From the NCBI RefSeq assembly GCF_028368995.1, contig NZ_JAQNDL010000002.1:1664001-1728000 (forward strand): 64,000 bases of DNA, given 5' to 3'. The notes under the pieces are model-generated. The model saw nothing but the letters and a program-made list of their open reading frames with translations. It made no database searches and was not told where the DNA came from. Positions 34,735-48,026 of this stretch are shown here, piece after piece (positions within the stretch are counted from its first letter, which is position 1; every line of letters begins with the position of its first letter). The translations under genes and the position numbers were made by a program. Source of the DNA: Nannocystis bainbridge (lineage in GTDB: Bacteria > Myxococcota_A > Polyangia > Nannocystales > Nannocystaceae).

Positions 34735-35508
34735 ATGACAGACGCGAAGCGGCCCGGACGCCTGAGCACCCTCGCCCGATCCACGATTGGCGCCAAGATC
34801 GTCATGGCGACGACCGGCGTGATCCTGGTCGGGTTCCTCGTCGTGCACATGCTCGGCAACCTGCAGGTGTACCTCGGGCCCGACACCATGAACCACTACG
34901 CGCAGACCCTCAAGGGCACGCCTGCGCTGCTGTGGGGCGCGCGCTCCGTGCTGCTCGTCGGCCTCGTGCTGCACGTGCTGGCGGCCATCCGCCTCAAGGG
35001 CCTCAACAACGCCGCCCGCCCCCAGGAGTACGCGGTGGGCCGCCGCTACCGCGTCACCAGCAGCGCCGCCCGCTTCATGCTGCTGAGCGGCCTCGTGGTC
35101 CTGGCGTTCATCGTCTACCACCTGCTGCACTTCACCGTCGGCGTCACCAACCCGGCCGACTTCAACCTGCACGAGGTCCTCGACGTCGCCTCCCAGACCT
35201 GGGTCCGCAACGACAACGAGCAGCTGCTGGCCAAGCTGCCGGCGGAGTTGGTCCGCCACGACGTCTACAGCATGTTCGTCCGCGGGTTCCAAAACCCGCT
35301 GATCGCCGGCACGTACATCGTCGCCCAGCTGCTGCTGGCGATGCACCTCAGCCACGCGGTCGCCAGCATGCTGCACACCCTCGGCCTGTCCAAGGGGGCA
35401 GCCGCGCGCGAGCGCAACATCAACATCGGCCGGGCCATCGCCGCCGTCGTCGTGCTCGGCAACCTCTCCTTCCCGATCGCCGTCCAGGCCGGTCTCCTCC
35501 ACCTCTAA
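34735..35508 (+). CDS. sdhC: Succinate dehydrogenase/fumarate reductase cytochrome b subunit
   Basis: [12 protein letters not shown]...HMLGNL and heme-ligand His residues in TM segments, upstream of sdhA. Confidence 0.92.
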   Translation: MTDAKRPGRLSTLARSTIGAKIVMATTGVILVGFLVVHMLGNLQVYLGPDTMNHYAQTLKGTPALLWGARSVLLVGLVLHVLAAIRLKGLNNAARPQEYAVGRRYRVTSSAARFMLLSGLVVLAFIVYHLLHFTVGVTNPADFNLHEVLDVASQTWVRNDNEQLLAKLPAELVRHDVYSMFVRGFQNPLIAGTYIVAQLLLAMHLSHAVASMLHTLGLSKGAAARERNINIGRAIAAVVVLGNLSFPIAVQAGLLHL

Positions 35509-35531
35509 CGCGCCTCGCTCCCCGCACCGCC

Positions 35532-37445
<1,914 letters not shown>

Positions 37446-37446
37446 T

Positions 37447-38208
37447 ATGTCGAACACGACGATGACCCTCACCCTGCAGATCTGGCGCCAGCGGAGCGCC
37501 AACACGCCCGGGTCGATGCAGACCTACAAGCTCGAGGGTGTGAACGAGCACATGTCGTTCCTCGAGATGCTCGACGTGCTCAACGCCAAGCTGACGAAGG
37601 AAGGCCAGGACCCGGTCGCGTTCGATCACGACTGCCGCGAAGGCATCTGCGGCTCGTGCTCGATGGTGATCGACGGCCGCCCGCACGGGCCACGCAAGGG
37701 CACCACCGCGTGCCAGCTGCACATGCGCACCTACAAGGACGGCGACACCATCACGATCGAGCCGTGGCGCGCCAAGGCGTTCCCGGTGATCAAGGATCTG
37801 GTGGTCGACCGCAACTCGCTCGACCGCATCGTCGCCTCCGGCGGCTTCGTGTCCGTCAACACCGGCGTCACCGTCGACGCCAACGCCACCCCGATCGGCA
37901 AGAAGAACGCCGACGAGGCGATGGACTACGCCGCCTGCATCGGCTGCGGCGCCTGTGTGGCCGCCTGCCCCAACGCCTCGGCGATGCTGTTCACCGGCGC
38001 CAAGGTCGGCCACCTCGTCAAGCTGCCGCAGGGCCAGGTCGAGCGCCGCGGCCGCGTGCTGCGCATGGTCGAGCAGATGGACCTCGAGGGCTTCGGCGCC
38101 TGCACCAACCACCGTGAGTGCTCCGAGGCCTGCCCCAAGGAGATCAGCTTCGACGCGATCGAGCTGCTCAACCTCGAGTACATGCGGGCCCAGGTCACCA
38201 ACGACTGA
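37447..38208 (+). CDS. sdhB: Succinate dehydrogenase/fumarate reductase iron-sulfur subunit
   Basis: [21 protein letters not shown] and [12 protein letters not shown] clusters. Confidence 0.97.
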   Translation: MSNTTMTLTLQIWRQRSANTPGSMQTYKLEGVNEHMSFLEMLDVLNAKLTKEGQDPVAFDHDCREGICGSCSMVIDGRPHGPRKGTTACQLHMRTYKDGDTITIEPWRAKAFPVIKDLVVDRNSLDRIVASGGFVSVNTGVTVDANATPIGKKNADEAMDYAACIGCGACVAACPNASAMLFTGAKVGHLVKLPQGQVERRGRVLRMVEQMDLEGFGACTNHRECSEACPKEISFDAIELLNLEYMRAQVTND

Positions 38209-38266
38209 TCTCGGCGCCTCGCCGACAAGCGCGGTCGTCGGGCATCCCGACGGCCGCGTCCGCGTT

Positions 38267-38929
38267 TCAGCAGCTGGGGTAGCCGTCCATGCCCGGGTCC
38301 GGCGGCGGATCGCAGGCCTGGAAGCTGCCGGGGAAGCACCCGCTCGGCAGCTGGTAGACGTTCTGCCCCTTGCACACGGTCGTGATCGCGTCGTCGCAGA
38401 TCATCTGCGGCAGGCACCCGAGGAAGCTCTTGGGGTCGTTGAGGCACCAGATCGCGCCGTCGAACTCGAACGCCTGACCCTCGATCGGCAGGCAGCCGAG
38501 CATCACGCACTCGTCCTTCGTCACCGCCGCCTCGCAATCGACCGGCTCCGCCGTGGTCCCCGGCACCTCGCCGGTCGAAGTCGAGGTCGAACCGCCCGAT
38601 CCGCCCTGGCTCTCCTGACCTGTCCCCGAGGACATCCCCTCGGTCTCGTTGCCGGAGCCGCCGCCGCCCTGCGTCTCGCTGTCGCTCATGCTGCCGCTCA
38701 CGTCGGTCGTGCCGGACTCCGACGCGCCCATGCCCGAGTCGGTCGGCGCGCTCTGCGACTCCGAGGCCGACTCCGAGCCATCGCTCGTCGCCTCCGAGCC
38801 CTCGCTCGAACCCTGGCTCGCGCTGCCCGAGTTCGAGGCCGAGTTCGTATCACCGCCGCTGTCGCCGCACGCCATCGTCAGCACGACAGCGCCCGCGACC
38901 ACCCCAGTTTCAAGCCAATGGATGCGCAC
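38267..38929 (-). CDS. Ser/Thr-rich lipoprotein with Cys-rich C-terminal domain
   Basis: Lipobox TMAC, low-complexity linker, multiple C-terminal Cys. Confidence 0.7.
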   Translation of the reverse strand: MRIHWLETGVVAGAVVLTMACGDSGGDTNSASNSGSASQGSSEGSEATSDGSESASESQSAPTDSGMGASESGTTDVSGSMSDSETQGGGGSGNETEGMSSGTGQESQGGSGGSTSTSTGEVPGTTAEPVDCEAAVTKDECVMLGCLPIEGQAFEFDGAIWCLNDPKSFLGCLPQMICDDAITTVCKGQNVYQLPSGCFPGSFQACDPPPDPGMDGYPSC

Positions 38930-38989
38930 GGGGCCAGGCTACCACGCCCCCGGTTGTCGTTCGCGCGCGTCTTCGTCACACTCGCGCGG

Positions 38990-39214
38990 GTGACGATCTT
39001 CTACTGGGACTACTACGGTCCGGACGCCGAGGGCACCGCGCGTCACTTCCTCGTCCACCTCGGCGAGTACATCGTCCGCAACGGCCTGCCCGAGTGTGAG
39101 CGCGGCGTCGAGTCGTCGCGCGCTGGCCATGGCGCCGTGTGGTGCAAGACGCCCGACGAGGCCCGCGAGGCCATCTTGCGCCTGCGCCCGCGCCGCGCCG
39201 CCCCCGCGCCTTGA
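38990..39214 (+). CDS. Small hypothetical protein
   Basis: GC3-biased 74-codon frame with a globular-looking sequence ([20 protein letters not shown]). Not called separately in the ORF track. Confidence 0.55.
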   Translation: MTIFYWDYYGPDAEGTARHFLVHLGEYIVRNGLPECERGVESSRAGHGAVWCKTPDEAREAILRLRPRRAAPAP

Positions 39215-39276
39215 ACCGCCGCAACAATTTTTCGCGCCGGCTGCAAAACCGGGGCGACTCGCACCGACCTACTCGT

Positions 39277-40569
<1,293 letters not shown>

Positions 40570-40571
40570 CA

Positions 40572-40665
40572 AGACATGTCTTGAGCACCATGTCTCTCAC
40601 GACACGCCCCATAGGACATGCCTTAAAGGCCATGCCCTCCAGGACATGTCTCGTAAGACATATTC
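40572..40665. repeat. 14-bp-period array (7 cores)
   Basis: Cores at 40575, 40589, 40603, 40617, 40631, 40645, 40659, immediately after a stop codon. Confidence 0.9.
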
Positions 40666-40935
40666 GCCCGTCTGCGGCCCCGTTGGGCCATGAGGGCGTC
40701 CGCGCGTCACGAAGTTGTGATCGGATCCTCCCACATGTCGTGAGTCCGATCACCGTATCTCCAGCGCAATCGCAGACATTTTGCCGACCTTGCGGTGAAT
40801 ACCGGCCAAACGACGCTTTGGCGCAATCTGGCGCCTGGGGGCCACAGCCTGCGTCCCGGGCCCTCCCCGGCGCCTGGCGCTCCGGTCCCCGGATTTTGGT
40901 GTTGGAGCCCGGGACGACCCGGGTACCGTGGCTTC

Positions 40936-42150
40936 ATGCGGAGATTGAGCCTCAACGTTGTTCTCGCGGGCCTCACCGGCGTCGGCGGCCTCGCCGCCTG
41001 TGAGAGCAAGGATGCTGCGGATTCGGCGACCACGTTACCGGGCAATTCCGGGATCCTCACCCTCCCGACGACCTTCCCGGACAGCGGCGGGGCGAGCGAC
41101 AGCGACGGCGCCACCGAGACCGGCGGGACCGACGGCGCCACCGACGGCGCCACGAGCGAGCCCGTCACCACCTCCGGCTCGGGCGGCCTCAAGTTCGACC
41201 TCGAGGCCTCGCCCGACGGCGGCATGGCCGACACCGGCGTCGAGCCTTGCGACGACCCGAACGACCCGGGTTGCAAGTGCAGCATCCCCGACCACGTGCC
41301 GTGCGACAACGGCACCCAGGATCCCTTTCTCGCCATGGGCCTCAACTGTCCGGGCGAGTTGCAGGTCACGGCCACCAAGGCGGGCTCGCCGGGGGCGATC
41401 GGCGTGCGCTACGTGTTCGGCCAGGGCGGCACCTTCAACCCGCGCGAAGGCGCCTCGTACGCGGTCATCGGCAGCGGCCTGGTCTCGGATCTCAACAACC
41501 AGACCCCGCCGGGCGACTTCAACCTCGAGCCCACCCACTGCAACGACGACGTCGGCAACTTCGACCCCGGCAACAACCTGCCGCCGCCGCTGCGCATCAA
41601 CGACGTCGGCGGCGACTGCACGCAGAACGCCGGCCTGCTCGGCACTGGCGACTGCTCCAACACCATCCAGGGCCAGTTCCAGAACTTCGGCGCCAACGAC
41701 TACACCGAGCTGCGGTTCGTCATGCAGGTGCCGCAGGACGTGACCTCGTTCAGCTACGACTTCGCGTTCCTCTCGGTCGAGTACCCCGACTACTACCAGT
41801 CGGCCTTCAACGACATGTACATCGGCTGGCTCGAGTCGGAGAAGTGGACCGGCAACATCTCGTTCGACCAGCAGGGCAACCCGATCTCGCTCAACGCCGG
41901 CTTCCTCGAGTTCAAGGACGATCCGAGCGGCCAGAACCCGATCCCGCAGTTCCAGAACACCTGCATGCGCCAGCACGCGGGCACCAACTGGCTGCAGACC
42001 ACCGCCGGCGTGACGCCCGGCGAGTCGATCACGGTCGTGTTCGCCATCATGGACATCAGCGACTCGATCCTCGACAGCTACGTGTTCCTCGACAACTTCA
42101 AGTGGGGCTGCGAGCCGACCGGCAAGCCCAGCACCATGCCTCCCGGCTGA
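40936..42150 (+). CDS. Choice-of-anchor L-like domain lipoprotein
   Basis: Lipobox [15 protein letters not shown]...FNDMYIGW...NISFD...FAIMDISD...DSYVFLDNF. Paralogue of 12662-13831. Confidence 0.7.
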   Translation: MRRLSLNVVLAGLTGVGGLAACESKDAADSATTLPGNSGILTLPTTFPDSGGASDSDGATETGGTDGATDGATSEPVTTSGSGGLKFDLEASPDGGMADTGVEPCDDPNDPGCKCSIPDHVPCDNGTQDPFLAMGLNCPGELQVTATKAGSPGAIGVRYVFGQGGTFNPREGASYAVIGSGLVSDLNNQTPPGDFNLEPTHCNDDVGNFDPGNNLPPPLRINDVGGDCTQNAGLLGTGDCSNTIQGQFQNFGANDYTELRFVMQVPQDVTSFSYDFAFLSVEYPDYYQSAFNDMYIGWLESEKWTGNISFDQQGNPISLNAGFLEFKDDPSGQNPIPQFQNTCMRQHAGTNWLQTTAGVTPGESITVVFAIMDISDSILDSYVFLDNFKWGCEPTGKPSTMPPG

Positions 42151-42273
42151 TCGGCGTCCGCATCGCCCTCGGCCCCGCATCTCCGGCCGGCTCAGCCGGG
42201 CGCTCGCCCGCGCCCGGCGGTGTCGGCCGGATCCAATTGACAAGCAGCGGGCCCCTGGTAGCGTCCCAGGCGC

Positions 42274-42831
42274 ATGTCCGTCACGCCCAGCGACAACGAA
42301 GACACGTACTTCCAGCAGCGCGAGCGGGAGCTCCGGGACCAGCTCCGCGAGCAGCTCGACAAGGCTGCCGGCGACCTCCGCGACGAACGCGAGACCGAGA
42401 AGCTCTCCCTGTCCGACCGGATCGCCGCCCTCGGCTTCACCGGCGACAAGCTCAAGGTGTTCGACCTCCTGCCGCTCGTCCACGTCGCGTGGGCCGACGG
42501 CACGGTCAGCCGCAAGGAGCGGACCGCCATCCTCGACGTCCTCCGCGGCCGCGGGATCCAGCCCGGCACCGAGGCCTTCCGCACCGTCGAGAGCCTGCTC
42601 GAGGAGCGCCCGTCGCAGACCTTCCTCGATCAGAGCCTCGTCGTCCTCAAGGAGGCCGTCGGCGGCGCCCGGGCCGCCAACATCGTCGAGCTCTGCGTCC
42701 AGGTCGCCGGCGCCAGCGGCGGCTTCCTCAACATGGGCACCGTCTCCGACGACGAGCGCGCCCTCATCGAGCAGATCGCCAACCAGCTCGGCGGGCCCGC
42801 CCTCGCCGAGTTCAAGAAGCAGCTCGGCTGA
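42274..42831 (+). CDS. TerB-like hypothetical protein
   Basis: VAWADG.VS.KER and VAGASGGFL..G.VSDDER motifs resemble TerB-like repeats. Confidence 0.6.
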   Translation: MSVTPSDNEDTYFQQRERELRDQLREQLDKAAGDLRDERETEKLSLSDRIAALGFTGDKLKVFDLLPLVHVAWADGTVSRKERTAILDVLRGRGIQPGTEAFRTVESLLEERPSQTFLDQSLVVLKEAVGGARAANIVELCVQVAGASGGFLNMGTVSDDERALIEQIANQLGGPALAEFKKQLG

Positions 42832-42834
42832 CCG

Positions 42835-43030
42835 CCGACCCTCTCCGCGACCCGCGGCGCAGCTCGCAAGGAGCCGCCCGCGGGTCTCGTCGTGCGCATC
42901 GACCCTCTGCACGACCCTGGCGCAGCTCGCATCGAGCCGCCCGCCAGTCTGGCACGCGCGCGCCGACCCTCTCCGCGAAGCGCGGCGCCGCTCGCACCGA
43001 GCGGCCCACAGGTCTCGTCGTGCGCGCCGA
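42835..43030. repeat. Imperfect tandem repeat, about 63-bp period, 3 copies
   Basis: CGACCCTCT...GGCGC.GCTCGCA..GAGC.GCCC..GTCT recurs near 42836, 42900, 42964. Confidence 0.8.
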
Positions 43031-43108
43031 CAGGCGGGCGCCTGTGCGGTCTGCCCTCCGGCGCGGATGCCTGCGCGCGTCGGCGACTGCACGCCTGGCA
43101 GTCCGCCA

Positions 43109-43188
43109 GGACCTGCTCGAACGGTCATGTCCCCTTCGACATGAGCGATCGGACATGCCCTTCAGGGCATGTCCCTTCGGGCACCCGC
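43109..43188. repeat. 14-bp-period array (6 cores)
   Basis: Cores at 43112, 43126, 43140, 43154, 43168, 43182, between convergent genes. Confidence 0.88.
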
Positions 43189-43225
43189 GCTCGAGCGGTG
43201 CGGCTCGCGGCCCCGCGCCGGCGGC

Positions 43226-44869
43226 TCAGCTCCGCAGCAGCCGCGGCGGCACTTCGCCGCCCTGGTTGATCATCTTGCGCAGCACCTGCTGCAGCGCCGG
43301 CGTGTCCTTGAACTCCGTCGTGCCTTCCTCGGACTTGCTGGTGACGAACAGCTGGCGGTACTCGATGCTGCTGTCGGCGCGGGTGTCGGGCTCGATGATC
43401 TCCATCACCTGCATCGACTCGAGGTTGACCCCGCTGTTGAGGCGGATGACCACGTCGATCGCGTGCGCCAGCGACAGCGTCAGGCCCTGCACCGCGCCGC
43501 CGGACGCGGTCCCGAGCGCGGCCAGGCGCGACAGCGCGTGGGCCGTGTTGATGCCCCACAGCGAGACCACCGCCCCGCGGCTCGCCCCCGCCAGCGCGTC
43601 GATCACCCCGGCCGCGTCCTGGTGCCCGCACTGCTGCGAGATCAACAGGTCGAGCCCGCCGCGCAGCAGCACCCCGAGGACCGGCCCGAGCTCGAGCTTG
43701 TCATTGGCCTCGGTCAAACGGCGCACCGGCACCCAGCCCTTGCGCGCGCTGCCCAGGCGACCCGAGTCGGAGATGCACGCGACGCGCAGCGACTCGGGGA
43801 TCTCGCCGACCAGCGCGCGCATGAAGCGGTCGAGGTTGACGCCGCCCGAGGCGCATACCAGCACGCGCCGGCACGACTTCAGGGTCGCGACCAGGAACTC
43901 GCGCATGTCGGCCGACAGCACGCCCTCCTGCACCAGCGCCGTCAGGTTGTTGGCGTCGGTGCGCATGCGCCGGAGGCTGATCACGAACTGCCGCGCCGGG
44001 TGCGGCGGCAGCAACGCGTAGAGATAGAACCCGTGATCGACGATGCCCTCGATGATGTGGGCGCCCTCGACCCACAGCCCCCGCTTCTTGCACATGCGCT
44101 GCATCGCCATCAGCAGCGCGCGCTCGCCGGTGAAGCGGATCTCGAGCCGCTCGCCGTTGCCGTCGTCGCGGACCACGTGGATCGGCGCGGTGCCGACGAC
44201 CTGGATCTCACGCACCGAGTCGTCGCGCATCAGGTCGCCGAGCGGGCCCCACTCGAGCATCTCTCGCAGGATCCGCTCGCGGAACGGGCCCACGTCGACG
44301 GTCGCCTCGATCTGCTGCGAGTCGCGGAAGTCGGCCAGGATGCCGTCGACCAGCTCGATGACCTCCTTGCGCTCTTCCTCGCCGACCTCGCCCGACGTCA
44401 TCGGATCGATGCGCGGCACCGCCTTCAGCAGCGTCTGGTGGATCTGCGCCGCCAGGCCGTCGAGGTACGTGCTCTCGATCCCGGCCGCGGCCACCCGCTG
44501 CGCCGAAGTCACGAGCCCGGTGTCGTCCTGGGCGTCGCGGCGGCGCTTGTCGTCGGCCGGCGACGGCACCAGGGCCGTGTCCTCGCCGTCGAGCATCAGG
44601 ATGTAGTCGCCGACGTAGACGCGGTCGGTGCGACGCACGGTCCGTGGGGCCTGGACCTTGCGGCCGTTGAGGTAGGTGCCGTTGGTGCTCTCGAGGTCGA
44701 CCACCTCGATGCGGCTCTCGATCTTGCGGAAGCACAGGTGGTGCTTCGACACGTTGACGCGGTCGAGCACGAGGTCGTTGTCGTCCTCGCGGCCGATCGA
44801 GAACTCCTCGCCCGCGAACGCGAATCGCTGGGTCTGGCCGCCCTTTTCGTGGACTACTACCGTCAGCAC
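43226..44869 (-). CDS. FHA domain fused to a degenerate CpaF/TadA-like secretion ATPase domain
   Basis: FHA IGRE..NDLVL...VSKHH...DLESTNGT, CpaF-like GPL.DLMRDDSV.EIQV and L.ALVQEGVLS. Walker motifs absent. Confidence 0.8.
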   Translation of the reverse strand: MLTVVVHEKGGQTQRFAFAGEEFSIGREDDNDLVLDRVNVSKHHLCFRKIESRIEVVDLESTNGTYLNGRKVQAPRTVRRTDRVYVGDYILMLDGEDTALVPSPADDKRRRDAQDDTGLVTSAQRVAAAGIESTYLDGLAAQIHQTLLKAVPRIDPMTSGEVGEEERKEVIELVDGILADFRDSQQIEATVDVGPFRERILREMLEWGPLGDLMRDDSVREIQVVGTAPIHVVRDDGNGERLEIRFTGERALLMAMQRMCKKRGLWVEGAHIIEGIVDHGFYLYALLPPHPARQFVISLRRMRTDANNLTALVQEGVLSADMREFLVATLKSCRRVLVCASGGVNLDRFMRALVGEIPESLRVACISDSGRLGSARKGWVPVRRLTEANDKLELGPVLGVLLRGGLDLLISQQCGHQDAAGVIDALAGASRGAVVSLWGINTAHALSRLAALGTASGGAVQGLTLSLAHAIDVVIRLNSGVNLESMQVMEIIEPDTRADSSIEYRQLFVTSKSEEGTTEFKDTPALQQVLRKMINQGGEVPPRLLRS

Positions 44870-44951
44870 AGACCGCTCTTACCGCGGAGCTCTCGCCCGC
44901 TCAAGACCTGCACCCGGGACAGTCGGTCCCCGGCGGGCGCGGTCCGGCGTG

Positions 44952-45479
44952 CTAGAACTCGTCGACGCGGTCGAGGGCGTCGTCGAGAGCATCGATTTCG
45001 CGCTGCGACGGCCCGCCTGGGCCCCCGGCGGGCTCCGAGGCGCGGCGAGCGGCCCCGGGCCGCGCCAGGGCGGCCGCGTCGGGCGAGGCCGCCACCGCCG
45101 CGCTGCGCTGCGTCCCTCGCACCCAGCGACGGGCGACGAAGAACAGCAGCGTCAACGCCACCAGGGCCGCCACCGCCGTGCCCCACACGAGCTCCGGTCG
45201 ACCGATGTAGCCGCGGATGTCGGGGAAGCGCGCCACCAGGGTGCCCTCGATCTGCTCGCGCGACTCGCCGTCGCGCGCCTGCTCGAGGATCTGCGCCTCC
45301 AACTTGCGCGCCTGCGGCGACGGGCAGGTCGCTATCGTGCGGCCCGGGCAGTAGGGCGACATCAGATCGTGGCTGAGCTCGAGCATCAGCGCCTCGGCCT
45401 CGGCCTCGGGGCGGGCGCTCGTGGCCGCTTCAGGCGTTGCAGGACCTGAAGCCGGCGCCGAAGCTGGCGCAGAGAACAT
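44952..45479 (-). CDS. CcmH/NrfF-like cytochrome c biogenesis protein
   Basis: LMSPYCPGRTIATCPS.QA..L...I.....GES.EQI...LV.RF followed by a TM segment. Confidence 0.65.
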   Translation of the reverse strand: MFSAPASAPASGPATPEAATSARPEAEAEALMLELSHDLMSPYCPGRTIATCPSPQARKLEAQILEQARDGESREQIEGTLVARFPDIRGYIGRPELVWGTAVAALVALTLLFFVARRWVRGTQRSAAVAASPDAAALARPGAARRASEPAGGPGGPSQREIDALDDALDRVDEF

Positions 45480-45482
45480 GGC

Positions 45483-46277
45483 TCAGTCCTCGCCCATGTT
45501 CAGCTTCTTGGCGCCACGTCCGCCGCCGCCGACGTGCTTCACCTTGGCCTTGCCGGTGTTCTTCGGCGGGTTCAGGGTCGCCAGGCAGAACTTGTCGTGG
45601 GCTTCCTTCTGCTTCGGATCGTTGAGATCCGGCTTCGGCAGCGGCTCGTCGGTGATGTTCTTGAGGTACTTGGTGATCTTGTTCTCGATGATGAGCCAGT
45701 GGGCGTCGGCCTGGGCGACCGCGTTCTGGTCGTTGTTGTTGAACGCGTCGGGGTAGCCGTGCATCACCAGTTCGTGGGCCTCGAGGAAGTGGCCGATGAG
45801 CTTGGACTTCTCGAGGATCCGCGGCTCGTTCGAGAACAGCCGCTGCTGCCACGTGTTCACCAGCGGGATGAAGTTCTGCTTGAACTGGTACCACTGCTCT
45901 TCGGTGGGGCTGCCGGGCTCCGCACCTGCGCCCTTGGCGCCCTCTTTCTTCATCTCGTCGCGGAAGCACTCGAGCTCGCCGAAGTAGCCGAGCATCTTCT
46001 TCAGGTTCGCCTTGTCGAACTTGTGAAGGTGCTTCTCGCCCTCGGGGTCCTTGCGGTCCCAGGCCTTGAACTCCTCGTCGGACGGCGGCGGGAGACCAGC
46101 GGGCGGCCGCTTGATGTCCTTCTTCACGTAGCCGGCGTCCTCCAAGATCTTCTTCTCGGGGTCTTCGGCCAGCTTCTCGGCCAGGGTCTTCCCGTCGCCC
46201 CCGCAGCCGGAGCACATCAGCGACAGGGGGACGAGCACGCTCGCCAGAACACCGAGGGACGATCGCAGTGCGGACAT
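45483..46277 (-). CDS. Hypothetical Lys/Glu-rich lipoprotein
   Basis: Strong codon bias, signal ending CSG-C. Alternative start at 46304. Confidence 0.7.
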   Translation of the reverse strand: MSALRSSLGVLASVLVPLSLMCSGCGGDGKTLAEKLAEDPEKKILEDAGYVKKDIKRPPAGLPPPSDEEFKAWDRKDPEGEKHLHKFDKANLKKMLGYFGELECFRDEMKKEGAKGAGAEPGSPTEEQWYQFKQNFIPLVNTWQQRLFSNEPRILEKSKLIGHFLEAHELVMHGYPDAFNNNDQNAVAQADAHWLIIENKITKYLKNITDEPLPKPDLNDPKQKEAHDKFCLATLNPPKNTGKAKVKHVGGGGRGAKKLNMGED

Positions 46278-46877
46278 ATCGAAGATCCTGAGCTCGGTCG
46301 CCACTTTAGCCGGCCGCCCGCGCCCGTGTAAAGCGCGGCGCTGGCGGCCTGCGCGGCTGCGGCGGGAGCGGCCGCCAGGCCCCGCGGGCGGCCGCGGGCG
46401 AGCGGGCGCGGCCTTCGTCCCGTCGCCGCGCCCTTCGCCACGCCCTTCACCGCTCCGGCCTCCGCCCGGCGAGCCCTGGCCTCGGCGTCCTCCGGGTCGA
46501 GCCTCGTGCGGCCGCTCGACGGCCCGAGGTGCCGCGGTTCACGATCGGATCTCTCCCTCGCCCGGACCCGCCACATCGTCGACGGGGCCGACCGATCGGC
46601 GCCGCGACGTCGACCACCTCGCCGCGCGACGCCTCGCCGCCACGCGGATCGATCCCTACCGCGATCGTCGAGATATCGCCGCGATCACCATGCATACGCG
46701 ACCTGACCGTTCGGACGGGACCTGCGCACGAGCGCGTGTCGGCGGCAGCATTTCACCGTTGCGACGGGCGAGCCGACAGCCGCCTCGACGTCGCCGCGAC
46801 ATCGTCGGCGCTGGTTGTTCTTTGATGCTGTGTCTGTAGACTCGCCGTGGCTGAACAACTCAGCGCCACGGAGAGCC

Positions 46878-47696
46878 ATGCCACCCAGCAAGAAGACCGC
46901 CAGCAAGAAAGCCCCGGCCAAGAAGACCGCCAAGAAGGCCGCCCCCGCCGCGGCCGCTCCGGCCAAGAAGGCCGGCAAGAAGGCCACCAAGAAGGCCGCC
47001 AAGAAGGCCACCAAGGCCGCTCCGGCCAAGAAGGCTGCCAAGGCCGCTCCGGCCAAGAAGGCCGCCAAGAAGGCCGGCAAGAAGGCTGCCAAGAAGGCCG
47101 CCCCGGCCAAGAAGGCCGCCGGCAAGAAGGCCGCCAAGAAGGCCGCCAAGTCCGCCCCGGCCAAGAAGACTGCCAAGCGCGCCTCGGCCAAGAAGGCTGC
47201 GGCGAGCCGCGCCGAAGAGGAGGAAGAAATAGGCCCTGGACTGAAACCCGGCGATCCGGCCCCACCATTCTCGTTGGCGGCCGACGACGGCAAGACGTAC
47301 GCCCTGCGCGACTTCGCGGGGCGACGGGTCGTCCTCTACTTCTACCCGCGCGACAACACGCCGGGATGCACCACCGAGGCCTGTGACTTCCGCGACCGCC
47401 AGCCCCGTTTCGCCACTTCCGGCGTGACCGTGCTGGGCGTCAGCGGCGACAGCCTCGCCTCGCACGCCAAGTTCCGCGCCAAGTTCGGCCTGAACTTCCC
47501 GCTGCTGACCGACCCGGGCAACCAGGTCGCAGCCGCCTACGGCGTCTTCGGTGAGAAGCAGATGTACGGCCGCAAGGTCCAGGGCATCATCCGCAGCACC
47601 TTCGTGATCGGCCCCGACGGCCGCCTCGGGGCCGTCCACAGCCCCGTGCGGGTCGCCGGCCACGCCGACGCCCTGCTCGCGGCTCTGCCCGCCTGA
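46878..47696 (+). CDS. bcp: Histone H1-like Lys/Ala repeat domain fused to BCP-type peroxiredoxin
   Basis: About 110 aa of PAKKAAKK repeats, then LYFYPRDNTPGCTTEACDFRD and RSTFVI. Confidence 0.92.
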   Translation: MPPSKKTASKKAPAKKTAKKAAPAAAAPAKKAGKKATKKAAKKATKAAPAKKAAKAAPAKKAAKKAGKKAAKKAAPAKKAAGKKAAKKAAKSAPAKKTAKRASAKKAAASRAEEEEEIGPGLKPGDPAPPFSLAADDGKTYALRDFAGRRVVLYFYPRDNTPGCTTEACDFRDRQPRFATSGVTVLGVSGDSLASHAKFRAKFGLNFPLLTDPGNQVAAAYGVFGEKQMYGRKVQGIIRSTFVIGPDGRLGAVHSPVRVAGHADALLAALPA

Positions 47697-48026
47697 CATT
47701 CATCGCGGCCCTGGCCGCCTGACACGCCGCCCTTCGGCACGCACCCGGTCCCCGGAGCGTCGCGCCGCCGAGGGCCGGCGTGGCTTTTTCGTCGCGCTTC
47801 GGCCGTTGCACCGCACGGCCGGCAGCCGCGCTCGCAGCTCCGGCGTCCTCATGCAGGGGCTCACGTCGATCGCATCCGCCGCCGTCTCCGCGACCCGCCC
47901 GCCGCGCGCTCCACCCCTCTCGCCGGCCCACGGATCCTCACATCCTTGCGCCGGGCTGCCGGCGGGGTCCTCGGCCGCGCCGGCAGATCCCGTTCGCGCG
48001 GGCTTTGCGGTACCCTCGACCCCGTC

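Noticed and set aside
40815-40836. Sigma-54 -24/-12 promoter (TTGGCGCAATCTGGCG) upstream of the lipoprotein
   Set aside because: GG-to-GC spacing is not the required 10 nt.
46305-46877. Long intergenic region as possible ncRNA or small gene
   Set aside because: No recognisable RNA motif, terminator or codon-biased ORF. Probably a divergent promoter region.
46890-47200. DNA tandem repeats GCCAAGAAG
   Set aside because: Explained by the encoded Lys/Ala protein repeats. The same applies to the ETT repeats at 59000-59110.
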